DNA from: an uncultured Clostridia bacterium
Lineage (GTDB): Bacteria; Bacillota; Clostridia; TANB77; CAG-508
NCBI GenBank assembly: GCA_948805675.1
Contig: CAQIBN010000002.1
Coordinates: 39,207 to 103,206 of the forward strand
DNA length: 64,000 bases
Direction: 5' to 3'
Shown here: positions 20,200 through 32,200 of the stretch, piece by piece
Numbering within the stretch: the first letter of the stretch is position 1
How the letters are laid out: every line of letters starts with the position of its first letter
The notes under the pieces: generated by a model
Told to the model about the DNA's origin: nothing
Databases searched by the model: none
What the model saw: only the letters and a program-made list of their open reading frames with translations
Translations under genes and position numbers: made by a program

Positions 20200-21998
20200 T
20201 TATCCAAAAATTGCTTCAAATTCATCTCCATCAATTTTTTCTTTTTCCAAAAGAACCCCTGCAACTGCATGTAATTTATCTATATTAGCTTGTAAAATTT
20301 CTGCTGCTGCCCTATAGGCAAAATCTATTATTTTCTTTACTTCTTCATCTATAATTGCTGCTGTTTCTTCTGAATATTCTTTACTTTGAGTAAAATCTCT
20401 TCCTAAAAATACTTCTTCTTGATTTTGTCCAAGAGTAATAGTTCCTATTTTGTCACTCATTCCATATTTAGTAACCATATCTCTTGCAATTTTAGTAGCT
20501 CTTTCAATATCATTACTTGCACCTGTTGAAATATCATCTAATATTAACTTTTCTGCAACTCTTCCACCAAGTAACGAGATAATGTTTTCTTGCATTTCAG
20601 ATTTTGACATAAAAGATTTATCTTCTGTTGGTCTATACATAGTATATCCACCAGCCATTCCTCTTGGAACAATAGAAATTTGATGTACTGCATCTTGTGT
20701 AGGTAAGAATCTACTTACAACTGCATGACCTGCTTCATGATATGCAACTAATTTATTTTCTTTGTCACTTCTTACTCTTGTTCTCTTTTCTGGTCCCATT
20801 GTTACCTTAACCATTGCATCTTCAATTTCTTTCATCCCTATTTCTAATAAATCTCTTCTAGCAGAAAGAAGTGCTGCTTCATTTAATACATTTTCCAAAT
20901 CTGCTCCAGAAAATCCTGATGTATTTTTAGCAATTGTTCTTAAATCAACATCATCTGCTAATCTTTTCTTTCTACTATGGACTTCTAATATTTGCTCTCT
21001 TGCCTTTACATCTGGACTAGAAACTACTATTTGTCTATCAAATCTACCTGGTCTTAATAAAGCTCTATCTAATACATCTGGTCTATTTGTTGCAGCTAGT
21101 ACTATAACACCTTCATTAGCAGCAAATCCATCCATTTCCACTAATAATTGATTTAATGTTTGTTCTCTTTCATCATGTCCTCCACCAAGTCCTGCACCTC
21201 TTTGACGTCCAACTGCATCTATTTCGTCTATAAATATTATACAAGGAGCGTTTTTCTTAGCTTGTTCAAATAAATCTCTTACACGAGAAGCACCAACACC
21301 AACAAACATCTCAACAAAGTCAGAACCACTTATAATAAAAAATGGAACTCCAGCCTCTCCTGCAACTGCTTTTGCAAGAAGAGTTTTTCCTGTACCTGGA
21401 TGCCCGACAAGTAGAACACCTTTTGGTATTCTAGCTCCCATATCTGTAAACTTTTTAGGATTTTTTAAAAACTCTACAATTTCTTGTAATTCTTCTTTTT
21501 CTTCATCTACACCTGCAACATCATTAAAAGTAATTCTATTTTTCTCAATTGCATTTATTAATTTTGCCTTACTTTTTCCAAATGACATCGTTTTACTTCC
21601 ACCTTGGTTATTATTCATTAATAAAAACCAGAAGATAAAGAATATAATCAAAATTCCGAAAGGAGTTAATAAACTAAGTAAAACCATAAAAATTGATTCA
21701 GATTTTTCTGTTACTTTTATATTACCAGCCTTCATTGGTTCTTGCAAAGTATTCATTAAACTATCTATACTTGGTATATTTACTTCTTTGGTTATATTAT
21801 CATTTTTTAATTTCACATTTGCTGATTCACCGTCCGAGAATCTATCTCTATTTCTCTTACATCTCCAGATTCAATTTTTGCAACTAGTTCTGAATAAGCA
21901 AGTTTTGTATCACTATTACCTACTATTGAAGTTAATAATACAATAAATATAATACCTATAATTAGCCAAACAGCTAAAGTTTTTATACTATTTTTCAA
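20200..21998 (-). CDS. ftsH: ATP-dependent zinc metalloprotease FtsH, split by a frameshift in an A6 run near 21810
   Basis: N-terminal TM segment in ORF 21813-21998; AAA motifs GPPGTGKT and DEIDA; zinc site HEAGHA. Confidence 0.9.
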
Positions 21999-22065
21999 AA
22001 TAAATTTTCCTCCTTTATGCTACCATAATAAACATTATTCAATATACCATATTATACCATTCATT

Positions 22066-23055
22066 TCAAGCATTTTTAATAAAGAAAATCTTCTTATTTT
22101 TTACCAAAATTTTAATGCTTTTATTTGGAATTAGATATTTGTTACCAATATTATTTTCACATAACTTTATTATATCCTCTATATTAATTTTTTCTATTCC
22201 TTGTGAACTACCCAAAAGATTATTAATAGTATACAAAATTATTCTAGATTTTATTACTTTTTTTTGTAAATTAAATAATTTTAGATTAAGCACAATTTTA
22301 GTTTCATCATATTCTAATAATAATTGTTTGTATTCTTGTTTCATAACTTCATCAAAATAGTCGTTTTCCTGTTTTAAAAGTTCTGACATACGATTTATTG
22401 TTTCTATAATATTTGGATTAAAATTTTCTTTTAAATATGGTATTAATAGATTTCTAATCTTATTTCTTGTATAAATATTTTCTTCATTACTTTTGTCAAA
22501 TTTCGGATTTAAGTTTAATATATCACAATAATTTTCAATTTCATCTCTTTTACATTTAATAATTGGTCTTATTAAATCATTTTTTATTGGCTCTATACCT
22601 TTCAGTCCAGAACTTCCAGTTCCTCTTATTATATTCATTAAAACTGTTTCCGCATTATCATTTAAATTATGAGCAGTTGCAACTTTGTTTGAATTTGTTT
22701 TTTGTTTAATTTTTCTGAAAAAGTCATAACGAATTTTTCTACCAGTTTCTTCTGTTCCATGCTTACTTTGTTCAGATAATTTTATTACATCAACTCTTTT
22801 TACAAAACATTCTACTCCAATCTTTTTACAAAATTCTTGTACATATTCTGTTTCTAAATCTGCTTCTTCTCTAATCATGTGATTAATATGTGCCACAAAA
22901 ATTTCAATTTTTAAATCTTTTTTCAAATTATTTAATACATTTAGTAAACAAATAGAATCTGGTCCTCCAGACACTCCTATTACAATTTTATCTCCTGTTT
23001 CAATTAAGTTATATTTCCTTATTGTATTTAGTACCTTTTCTTCCAATTCAATCAA
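22066..23055 (-). CDS. tilS: tRNA(Ile)-lysidine synthetase TilS (TTG start, RBS ggagaaag)
   Basis: PP-loop SGGPDS in VIGVSGGPDSICLLN. Confidence 0.8.
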   Translation of the reverse strand: MIELEEKVLNTIRKYNLIETGDKIVIGVSGGPDSICLLNVLNNLKKDLKIEIFVAHINHMIREEADLETEYVQEFCKKIGVECFVKRVDVIKLSEQSKHGTEETGRKIRYDFFRKIKQKTNSNKVATAHNLNDNAETVLMNIIRGTGSSGLKGIEPIKNDLIRPIIKCKRDEIENYCDILNLNPKFDKSNEENIYTRNKIRNLLIPYLKENFNPNIIETINRMSELLKQENDYFDEVMKQEYKQLLLEYDETKIVLNLKLFNLQKKVIKSRIILYTINNLLGSSQGIEKINIEDIIKLCENNIGNKYLIPNKSIKILVKNKKIFFIKNA

Positions 23056-23070
23056 TTCTTTCTCCTTCTT

Positions 23071-23352
23071 CGAACATTGGGTCGAACATTGGGGACGGGG
23101 TTAAATGTTCACTTTTTCTATTATCTCATGAACACTAGGGACAGGGTTAAATACTAGACTTAAAGCCATTTAGAGCAAGAATCAATTAAGTTAATACATT
23201 CACTAAGATTTAACACAATATCGTCTTTTAGTAGATAAATACTAACATTCATCACTGTCCCCAGTGTTCATGACCTTTGTAATTTAAACGAACATTTAAC
23301 CCCGTCCCCAATGTTCGCTTCGCCATTTTCGCTTCGCCATTTTCGCTTCTCC
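23071..23352. repeat. nested inverted-repeat element (MITE-like), copy 1, followed by a tandem repeat of the cgccattttcgctt unit (about 2.5 units)
   Basis: outer IR GAACATTGGGGACGGGGTTAAATGTTCA ... TGAACATTTAACCCCGTCCCCAATGTTCG; inner IR TGAACACTAGGGACAGGGTT ... CACTGTCCCCAGTGTTCA; the second copy is at 41668-41955. Confidence 0.7.
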
Positions 23353-23362
23353 GTTTGTTCTT

Positions 23363-24694
23363 TTATTCTCTATACTTCTCTATATTAGCAAACTTTGTAT
23401 AATTTCCAAGCCATAATAATTCTACTGTTCCAGTTGAACCTGCTCTATGTTTTGCTATAATTACTTCTGCTACATTTTTCTTTTCAGATTCTTCATTATA
23501 ATAATCATCACGATATAAAAACATAACAATATCAGCATCTTGTTCTATAGCTCCAGATTCACGAAGGTCAGAAAGCATAGGCCTATGGTCTGGTCTTTGT
23601 TCTGGTGCACGAGATAATTGTGAAAGAGCAATTACTGGTACATTAATTTCTTTGGCAAGTATTTTCAAAGATCTACTAATTTCTGAAATTTCTTGTTCAC
23701 GGCTTCCACCTTTTTTACTGCTTCCTTGAACTAATTGCAAATAATCTATTACAACTAATCCTATATTCTTTTCTAGTTTCATCTTTCTACATTTTGCACG
23801 AATTTCCATAATAGAAATACCTGGTGTATCATCTATAAATATTTGTGATTCTGAAAGGTCACCAGATGCTAATGCAAGTTTTGCCCAGTCTTCGTCTTCT
23901 ATTTTACCAGTTCTTACCTTATTACTATCTACCATTGCTTCACTACATAAAATTCTGTTACCCATTTGCTCTTTAGACATCTCTAAACTAAATATAGCAA
24001 CTGGAACATTGGCTCTTACTGCCGCATTTGATGCAATATTTAATGCGAATGCAGATTTTCCCATAGCTGGTCTTGCTGCAACTAGTATTAAATCTGAATT
24101 ATGAAGTCCAGCTGTTTTATAATCTAAATCTGCAAATCCTGTTGGTACACCTGTTATATGTTGTTTTCTATTATATAACTCTTCTAATTGAGTAAAAGAT
24201 TCAACTAATATATCTTTCATAGAAGAATATCCTTTTTGATTCTTTCTTTGCATTACATTAAATATCTTTTTTTCTGCAACATCCATAATATCTTCTACTT
24301 CTTGTGTTTGGTCATAACCTAAGACTATAAGCTCATTTGCTGTTCTAATTAATGTTCTAAGCATAGATTTTTCTTCTACAATCTTTATATACTTTTCTAC
24401 ATTTGCAGTTGTTGGAACCTTTTCTGGAAGTTCTGCTAAATATTCTAAACCTCCAATTCCTTCAAATTTACCAAGTGTTACAAGTTCATCTTTAATAGTA
24501 ATAATATCTACTGGCTCTCCTCTATTATATAAATTCATTATTGCATCATATATAACTTTATTATCTTCTCTATAAAAATCTTCTGCTTTTAGTACTTCTA
24601 CTGCAGATATAACAGAATCTTTATCTGTAAGCATACTTCCTATAACAGCTTGCTCTGCTTCTATATCATGTGGTGGCACTTTACCTAAATCCAT
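23363..24694 (-). CDS. dnaB: replicative DNA helicase (DnaB family; DnaC in Bacillus nomenclature)
   Basis: 443 aa; N-terminal EAEQAVIGSML; Walker A GKSAFALN; RecA-like C-terminus. Confidence 0.9.
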   Translation of the reverse strand: MDLGKVPPHDIEAEQAVIGSMLTDKDSVISAVEVLKAEDFYREDNKVIYDAIMNLYNRGEPVDIITIKDELVTLGKFEGIGGLEYLAELPEKVPTTANVEKYIKIVEEKSMLRTLIRTANELIVLGYDQTQEVEDIMDVAEKKIFNVMQRKNQKGYSSMKDILVESFTQLEELYNRKQHITGVPTGFADLDYKTAGLHNSDLILVAARPAMGKSAFALNIASNAAVRANVPVAIFSLEMSKEQMGNRILCSEAMVDSNKVRTGKIEDEDWAKLALASGDLSESQIFIDDTPGISIMEIRAKCRKMKLEKNIGLVVIDYLQLVQGSSKKGGSREQEISEISRSLKILAKEINVPVIALSQLSRAPEQRPDHRPMLSDLRESGAIEQDADIVMFLYRDDYYNEESEKKNVAEVIIAKHRAGSTGTVELLWLGNYTKFANIEKYRE

Positions 24695-24744
24695 TACTTT
24701 TCGCTCCTTCTATTATAAGCAATAATTAGTTTTTATATTTATCC

Positions 24745-25188
24745 TTATGCAATTGTATTTACTTTTAAACTAGCTAGAACGCCTTCATATAGCTTAATAT
24801 CTACATTTACTGTTCCTAAAAGCTTTATAGTTTCTTTTAAAACAATTTTCTTTTTATCTACATCAATATTATATTGTGACTTTAGATTTTCTGAAATTTC
24901 TTTTGAAGTAACACCTCCAAATATCTTTCCATTATCTCCTGCTTTTACTTGTATTTTTAAAGTTATATCTTTTAATTTATCCTTTATTTCTATAGCTTTT
25001 GCTTTTTCTAAATCTTTCTTATGCTGATTTGAATTCTGTTTTGCTTTTAGTTTTACTAAATTATCTTTGTTTGCTTCTATAGCCAATTTCTTAGGAAATA
25101 AAAAGTTTCTTGCATATCCATCACTTGCATTTATAACTTCATCTTTTTTTCCAACACCTTTTATATTATCAAGTAATATTACTTTCAT
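24745..25188 (-). CDS. rplI: 50S ribosomal protein L9
   Basis: [36 protein letters not shown]; the ORF track starts 5 codons earlier (25203). Confidence 0.9.
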   Translation of the reverse strand: MKVILLDNIKGVGKKDEVINASDGYARNFLFPKKLAIEANKDNLVKLKAKQNSNQHKKDLEKAKAIEIKDKLKDITLKIQVKAGDNGKIFGGVTSKEISENLKSQYNIDVDKKKIVLKETIKLLGTVNVDIKLYEGVLASLKVNTIA

Positions 25189-25390
25189 ATTTAAAACCTC
25201 CAAGTCACTTAAATTTTTTATATTTTATAACAAAATGGGCTTTTTTTCAATACCTTTACAGTATTTTACACCCTATATTTTTTCTATAAATTGCATTTAC
25301 TTTGCAGAATTACTTTTAACTTTTTTACTTTATACTACATTTTCTTTATGTAAAAAAATAAAAAAACATATATCAGAAAATTTTACATAA

Positions 25391-25545
25391 TAGAACAATA
25401 GTAGGCTGGATTTATATCTGTCTTTTAATTAATACTCTTACGATGCATGTTTAATTGTTCATATGCCGATTTTTGAAGAAAATTGTGTGCAATTATTTTA
25501 TATAATTAAGAAGGCTCTATCAATTAATCTTTACTATATTTTGAA
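25391..25545 (+). repeat. copy B of the roughly 150-bp dispersed intergenic element
   Basis: alignment to copies A, C and D. Confidence 0.7.
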
Positions 25546-25602
25546 ACTTTAATATCATATAAAAAAGAACTTATACTTTTATAAAATATAAGTTCTTTTT
25601 AA

Positions 25603-25929
25603 CTATCCTTCAATTTGTTTTCCAAATATAGATTTAGCAATATTTCCAATACCAGGTAGCTCTGGGTTTTCTCCATTATTAGCCTTTACTATACCTAATA
25701 TTATAAAAATAATATATGCAACATATGCTAAACTAGAAAATAACCCTATTCCTGTTATTACAGAAACAACTCCTAGTATAAAACTAATTATTATATATCC
25801 TATAAATATTACTATTGATTGCGCACAGTGAAATTTAACATCTCTACTATTTTCCTTTTGAAATAAAAATATTAATGCACATATAAATACTATATATCCA
25901 ACTATTGACTTAGTTTTGTCATTATTCAT
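25603..25929 (-). CDS. small membrane protein, DUF4870-like
   Basis: FHCAQSIVIF motif and 3 TM helices. Confidence 0.45.
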   Translation of the reverse strand: MNNDKTKSIVGYIVFICALIFLFQKENSRDVKFHCAQSIVIFIGYIIISFILGVVSVITGIGLFSSLAYVAYIIFIILGIVKANNGENPELPGIGNIAKSIFGKQIEG

Positions 25930-26227
25930 TATACTTCTCCTTTATAATATATTTATACCATGAATATACATATATAATTATTGTATATGGAAATACTATT
26001 ATTACTTTCCAATTATATCTAATTGCATCATTAAAATTAAGATGTAATACAGATAAGAATGCCCTTGTCATTCCACAATTAAAGCATTCCTTTCCTACAA
26101 TTCTTTTATATATACATATACTTTCCATAGAATTTTCTATAGGTATATTATATAAAATTATTAATAAAATGAAATTAGTTATCATAAAAAGAATAAGTTT
26201 TTTATTCATTGATGATAGCATTTCCAT
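25922..26227 (-). CDS. DUF2752-like membrane protein
   Basis: CxxCGMTRAF motif (KECFNCGMTRAFLS) with TM helices. Confidence 0.5.
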   Translation of the reverse strand: MEMLSSMNKKLILFMITNFILLIILYNIPIENSMESICIYKRIVGKECFNCGMTRAFLSVLHLNFNDAIRYNWKVIIVFPYTIIIYVYSWYKYIIKEKYNE

Positions 26228-26414
26228 CTTTATCTGTAAACTTACCTGTTATAATCATAATTAAGTCTACTAATGTCCAAATTCCACATCCACCACATGT
26301 TATAAGCATTAATATTCCTGTGCCAATTTTACCTGCATAAAAACGGTGGATTCCTAAAGAACCTACAAATATACATAATAATAATGATGTTAACCAATTT
26401 TTTTCGCTCTTCAT
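26202..26414 (-). CDS. TM2 domain protein
   Basis: GIHRFYAGKIGTGILMLITCGGCGIWTLVDLI matches the TM2 domain. Confidence 0.6.
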   Translation of the reverse strand: MKSEKNWLTSLLLCIFVGSLGIHRFYAGKIGTGILMLITCGGCGIWTLVDLIMIITGKFTDKDGNAIINE

Positions 26415-26705
26415 TTATTTTCCCCCCTTATTCTACTTTTAGTATCATATTTTAATATTACTATTACTTTTCAATTCTGTCAATTATTTATTTTAAAATT
26501 TTACATTTACGTTAGTATTATTCACTATTAACAAATTATTTCATCTTAAAATTTATTTTTAATGTTTTTTAAAAGAACATAAGATTTATTATGAAAACAA
26601 TTCAATGTTGAAAATATATACTAGAAATAATCTGTTTTATTTGAAATAAAAAATATGAATTTATTCTGTTAGATTACTTAACATACACACAAATTAAAAA
26701 TAAAA

Positions 26706-26845
26706 ACAGTAGTGGGCTAGTTTTATATCCACTTCTTAATTAATACTCATACATTTACGTTTAATTGTTTATGTTCCAATAGAAAAAAAACAGTGTAATT
26801 ATTTTTTAAAATAGGAAATCACTCTTTATTAAATTTCACTTTGTA
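26706..26845 (+). repeat. copy C (the most diverged) of the roughly 150-bp dispersed intergenic element
   Basis: alignment to copies A, B and D. Confidence 0.6.
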
Positions 26846-26871
26846 TTAAAACCTTCATATTATATAAAATA

Positions 26872-26950
26872 GAAAGTATTGTAATTATGAACTGAACCAA
26901 AAGAAGTTAAACATTTTTTTGGTTCAGTTCATTATAATTACAATACTTTC
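26872..26950. repeat. 31-bp perfect inverted repeat (gaaagtattgtaattatgaactgaaccaaaa / ttttggttcagttcattataattacaatactttc) with a 14-nt loop
   Basis: read directly from the sequence; lies downstream of gdpP. Confidence 0.6.
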
Positions 26951-27120
26951 TATAATTCTATCTTATTTTAACTATTTATCTTTTGAATAATATATCATTT
27001 TAATATTACCTTTTTAATTCAAAATTATGTATATATTACTAATCTAGTATAATATACAATATATATTTATTTTGTATTAAAATAATAACATATAATTTAG
27101 TTAAAATATTTTATAAACTG

Positions 27121-29145
27121 TTAACTTGATATCTCACTAAAATATTCATTTATTCTATTTATTAATTCATTTTTAACATCTTCTATATCCATTCCTTCAA
27201 CCTGTGCTCCAGCTAAGGTAATATGTCCGCCACCACCAAGTTTTTCTAAAATAACTTGAACATTAATATCCCCTATTGACCTACCACTAATACAAACTTT
27301 ATCTCCTAAATATCCTATAACAAAAGATGCTGTTATATCACTTATAGTTAATAACTCATCTGCAGCCTTTGCACAAATTACATTGGCATTTTTATCTTCT
27401 TTATAATAAATTGAAATTGCAATTGTATCATTAACTATTTTTGCATCAGAAACAATTTCTGATATAGTATTATAAGTTTTTATATCACTTTGAAACCATT
27501 TTTTTACTTTAATTATATCTACACCACATTTTCTTAAATATGCTGCTGCTTCAAAAGTTCTTACACCTGTTTTAAAAGTAAAGTTTTTTGTATCCATCAT
27601 AATTCCTGCATATAGACCTTCAACTTCTATTTCTGACAGTTTAAGTGTTTTTTCGGAATATTCTATTAACTCTGTAACAAGCTCTGATGCTGATGAAGCA
27701 TAAACTTCTTGAAATGTTAATGTTGCATTTTCTATATAATCTGTACTTCTTCTATGATGGTCTATTACAACAATTTTGTTTGTTTTATCTAATAATTCTG
27801 GTACTTCAACATATGTCTTTTTATGTGTATCAACAATAATTAATAATGACTCTTGACTAATTTTAGAAAGTGCTTCATTTTTACTAATAATAATTTCTTG
27901 ATATTCTTTTTGACTTTTAGCCACTTGTATGAAATTATCTAAACTTATACCTGAAGTTTCATTTACTATATAACTGTCTTTTTCTAAGGATTTAGCTATC
28001 CTATATATACCAAGACTTGCTCCCATACAATCTATATCACCATTTGTATGTCCCATTATATACACATCTTTTGCTTCACCAATTAATTCTTCTAAAGCAT
28101 GTGCTACAATTCTTGCTTTTACTCTTGTTCTTTTTTCTACTTCTTGTGCTCTTCCTCCAAAGAATAAATATTTTGTGTTTTCTCTTACAACTGCTTGATC
28201 TCCACCTCTACCTAAAGCTATATCCATTGCAGCTTTAGCAGATTTAAATTTATCATAATTAGACTCACCTTCATTAGAAACTGCTATACTTAATGTAGAT
28301 TGTATTCTTGCAGGTAACTCTAACTCTTTTATTGTATCTAATATGTTAAATTTTTTTTCTTCAATTTCTTTTAAATATTTCTGTTCAAATATACATACAA
28401 AATTATCTCTTTCTTGTTTTAAGACTAAACCTTTAAAAGATGTTGCCCAATCATATATTGTTTTTTCTATTTTGGCAGTTACTTCTGGTTTATCTTCACT
28501 CGAAATTCTTTGCATTATCTCTTCATAATTATCAATCATTATAATTCCAACACACATTTTAGAATTATTAAATTTTTCTAGTAATTCTATATGTTCTGTT
28601 TCATCAATAAAATATAATGTAGCCATATATTCTTTTTGATTTTTCTTGTCATTTTGTTTTGATTTTACATACTCACCTAATATTCTATATTGTCTTTTTC
28701 CAATTCTAGCATGATTATTAATTGTATTTTTTCTATCTTTTTCATTTGAATTTTCAATCTCTAGTTTTAATTCTTTTACTATTGTATTTAAATAAGTATT
28801 TATATCTATATTTGCAAATTCTTGTACAAATTTCGTACTTTTCCAAATTATATTACCATTTGTTTCTACAATTATTAAAGGAAAAGGTGAATTAATTAAA
28901 GATCTTTTTGATACTTTATCTACATTAATAGTAAGATCTTTAATATGTTCAGATAATTCTGCTGTTCTTTTTTTGTTTGTCCAACTAGTATAAACTAATA
29001 TTAAAGAGTATATTATAATTGCTGGCAGAATAAATCTAAATTCATAACAACATAATATAATTAGTAATATTGCAATAATTACTAAATATGCTTTTGTTTT
29101 TGAGACAAGACCATCAAATATTTTTATATTATTATTATTTGGCAT
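27121..29145 (-). CDS. gdpP: cyclic-di-AMP phosphodiesterase GdpP (2 TM, PAS, degenerate GGDEF, DHH and DHHA1 domains)
   Basis: 674 aa; DHH motif region HTNGDIDCMGASLG and VVIDHHRR; DHHA1 GGGGH. Confidence 0.8.
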   Translation of the reverse strand: MPNNNNIKIFDGLVSKTKAYLVIIAILLIILCCYEFRFILPAIIIYSLILVYTSWTNKKRTAELSEHIKDLTINVDKVSKRSLINSPFPLIIVETNGNIIWKSTKFVQEFANIDINTYLNTIVKELKLEIENSNEKDRKNTINNHARIGKRQYRILGEYVKSKQNDKKNQKEYMATLYFIDETEHIELLEKFNNSKMCVGIIMIDNYEEIMQRISSEDKPEVTAKIEKTIYDWATSFKGLVLKQERDNFVCIFEQKYLKEIEEKKFNILDTIKELELPARIQSTLSIAVSNEGESNYDKFKSAKAAMDIALGRGGDQAVVRENTKYLFFGGRAQEVEKRTRVKARIVAHALEELIGEAKDVYIMGHTNGDIDCMGASLGIYRIAKSLEKDSYIVNETSGISLDNFIQVAKSQKEYQEIIISKNEALSKISQESLLIIVDTHKKTYVEVPELLDKTNKIVVIDHHRRSTDYIENATLTFQEVYASSASELVTELIEYSEKTLKLSEIEVEGLYAGIMMDTKNFTFKTGVRTFEAAAYLRKCGVDIIKVKKWFQSDIKTYNTISEIVSDAKIVNDTIAISIYYKEDKNANVICAKAADELLTISDITASFVIGYLGDKVCISGRSIGDINVQVILEKLGGGGHITLAGAQVEGMDIEDVKNELINRINEYFSEISS

Positions 29146-29260
29146 AACAATCTCCTTTTATCATAATAAATATATTTTACCCTTTTTTTGTTATTTTGTC
29201 AAGCCATCAAAATAGAGCAAACACTTGATATTAATAGTGTTTGCTCTATTTTACTATAAT

Positions 29261-32200
29261 TTATTTTGCTACATTTACTGTTTCTTTTTCAGTTTTTCCT
29301 TCATCTTCTTGTGTATCTTCTGTGTCTTCTGTATTTATATGTGTATTTTTATAAACTTGCATACCTGTACCTGCTGGTATTAATTTACCTATAATTACAT
29401 TTTCTTTTAATCCAATTAAGTCATCTGTTTTTCCTTTAATAGCAGCTTCTGTAAGAACTCTTGTTGTTTCTTGGAAAGATGCTGCAGATAGGAAGCTTTC
29501 TGTTGCAAGAGATGCTTTTGTAATTCCAAGTAAAACTCTTTTTCCTGTTGCTGGTCTTAATCCTTCATTAATTACTCTATTATTTTCTTCTTCAAATTCA
29601 TACATATCAACTAATGAACCTGCAAACATATTTGTATCTCCATTATCTTCAACTCTTACCTTCTTAAGCATTTGTCTTGCAATAACTTCAACGTGTTTAT
29701 CATTAATATCAACACCTTGGTTACGATATACTTTTTGTACTTCTTGTACTAAATATTCAAATACTCCTTCTGGCCCCTTAATTGCTAAAATCTCATTTGG
29801 ATTTATTGAACCTTCTGTAATAGGGTCACCAGCCTTAACAATATCTCCATCTTTAACATGAAGTTTAGCTCCAAATGGTATAGTATATTTTTTAGCTTCT
29901 TGGTCTGAAATAATAGATACTTCTTTTCTTGATTTATCATCAGAGATTCTAACTGTACCATCTATTTCTGTTACTATTGCAAGTCCTTTTGGCTTTCTTG
30001 CTTCAAATAATTCTTCGACTCTTGGAAGACCTTGTGTAATATCTGCAACACCTGCAACACCACCAGAGTGAATAGTTCTCATTGTAAGCTGTGTACCAGG
30101 TTCACCTATTGATTGTGCAGCAATAATACCAACTGCTTCACCAATTTGTGCTTCTTCACGAGTAGCTAAGCCCATTCCATAACATTTTGCACATACACCA
30201 TGTTTTGTTCTACAACCTATAACAGAACGTACTTTTACTTTTTCTATTCCGTTACTTATTATTTCTTCAATTACTTTTTCTGTAAGCATTGTATTAGTAT
30301 CTGCTATTAACTCATTATTATTTGGATTAATAATATCTTCTAATGGGTATCTACCAATTAATCTTTCTTCTAATTTTTCAACTATTTGGTTTCCATCTTT
30401 TATATCCCATACTTCAATACCTTCATGTGTTCCACAATCATCTTCTTTTACAATTATATCTTGTGAAACATCAACTAATCTTCTTGTTAAATATCCAGAA
30501 TCGGCTGTTCTTAAAGCTGTATCTGAAAGTCCCTTTCTTGCACCATGTGCTGCGATAAAGTATTCTATTGCATCTAACCCTTCCCTAAAACATGATTTAA
30601 TAGGAATTTCTACAACTTTACCAGTTGTACTTGCCATAAGTCCACGCATACCTGCAATTTGTTTTAATTGGTCAAGGTTTCCGTCTTGCTCCAGACTCAG
30701 CCATCATATAAACTGGGTTTAGACTATCAAAGTTCTCTTTCATAGCTATTTTTACATCATCTGTTGCTTTACTCCAAATTTTAATAACAGCATTATATCT
30801 TTCATCATCTGTTATTAATCCACGTTTATATTGTTTTAATACTGTGTCTACTTGGCTTTGTGCTTCTGCTAAAATTGTCTTTTTAGCCTCTGGTACTTTA
30901 ACATCACTAACAGATACAGTAATAGCACCTATTGTAGAATATTTATAACCTGTTGACTTAATATAATCTAATAATTCAGCTGTTGCACTTAATCCATGAG
31001 CATTTATTGACTTTTCAATTATTTTTCCTAAATTCTTTTTAATTACTGGGAAATTAATTTCTAAATCAAATTCTTTTTCTTCATTTTGTCTATCTACAAA
31101 TCCTAAATCTTGTGGAATACCTTTATTAAACATAATTCTACCAACTGTTGTTTCAATTATTTTATGTTTTTCTATACCATTTACAATTTTAGACATTCTA
31201 ACTTTTATTCTAGCATGCATTCCTAAATCATGGTTTTCATATGCAATAACTGCTTCCTCTGGAGAACTAAAGTAATTACCTTCTCCTGGTTCTCCTTCAA
31301 CTTCCATTGTTAAATAATAACTTCCTAAAATCATATCTTGTGTTGGAACTGTAACTGGTTTACCATCTTGTGGTTTTAAAAGGTTATTTACAGATAGCAT
31401 TAAAAATCTTGCTTCTGCTTGTGCTTCTGGTGATAATGGTACGTGAATAGCCATTTGGTCACCATCAAAGTCTGCATTAAATGCTGTACAAACTAATGGA
31501 TGCAATTTTATTGCTCTACCCTCAACAAGTACTGGCTCAAATGCTTGAATACCTAGTCTATGAAGTGTTGGAGCACGGTTTAACATTACTGGATGGTCTT
31601 TAATAACATCTTCTAATATATCCCATACTTCTGGTCTTAATCTTTCTACCATTCTTTTTGCATTTTTAATATTATGAGCAATTCCACGACCTACTAATTC
31701 TTTCATTACAAATGGTTTAAATAATTCAACTGCCATTTCTTTTGGAAGTCCACATTGGTAAATTTTAAGTTCTGGACCTACAACGATAACTGAACGTCCT
31801 GAATAATCAACACGTTTACCAAGTAAGTTTTGTCTAAATCTACCTTGTTTTCCTTTTAACAAATCTGATAATGATTTTAAAGGTCTATTACCAGCTCCTG
31901 TAACTGGTCTTCCACGTCTTCCATTATCTATTAACGCATCTACAGATTCTTGTAACATTCTTTTTTCATTTCTTACAATAATCTCTGGTGCACCTAATTC
32001 TAATAATCTTTTTAAACGATTATTTCTGTTTATTACTCTTCTATATAAATCATTTAAATCTGATGTAGCAAATCTACCACCATCTAATTGTACCATTGGT
32101 CTTAGTTCTGGTGGAATTACTGGCACTACATTCATAATCATCCATTCAGGTCTATTATTAGATAATCTAAAAGATTCTACAGTATCTAATCTTTTTACTA

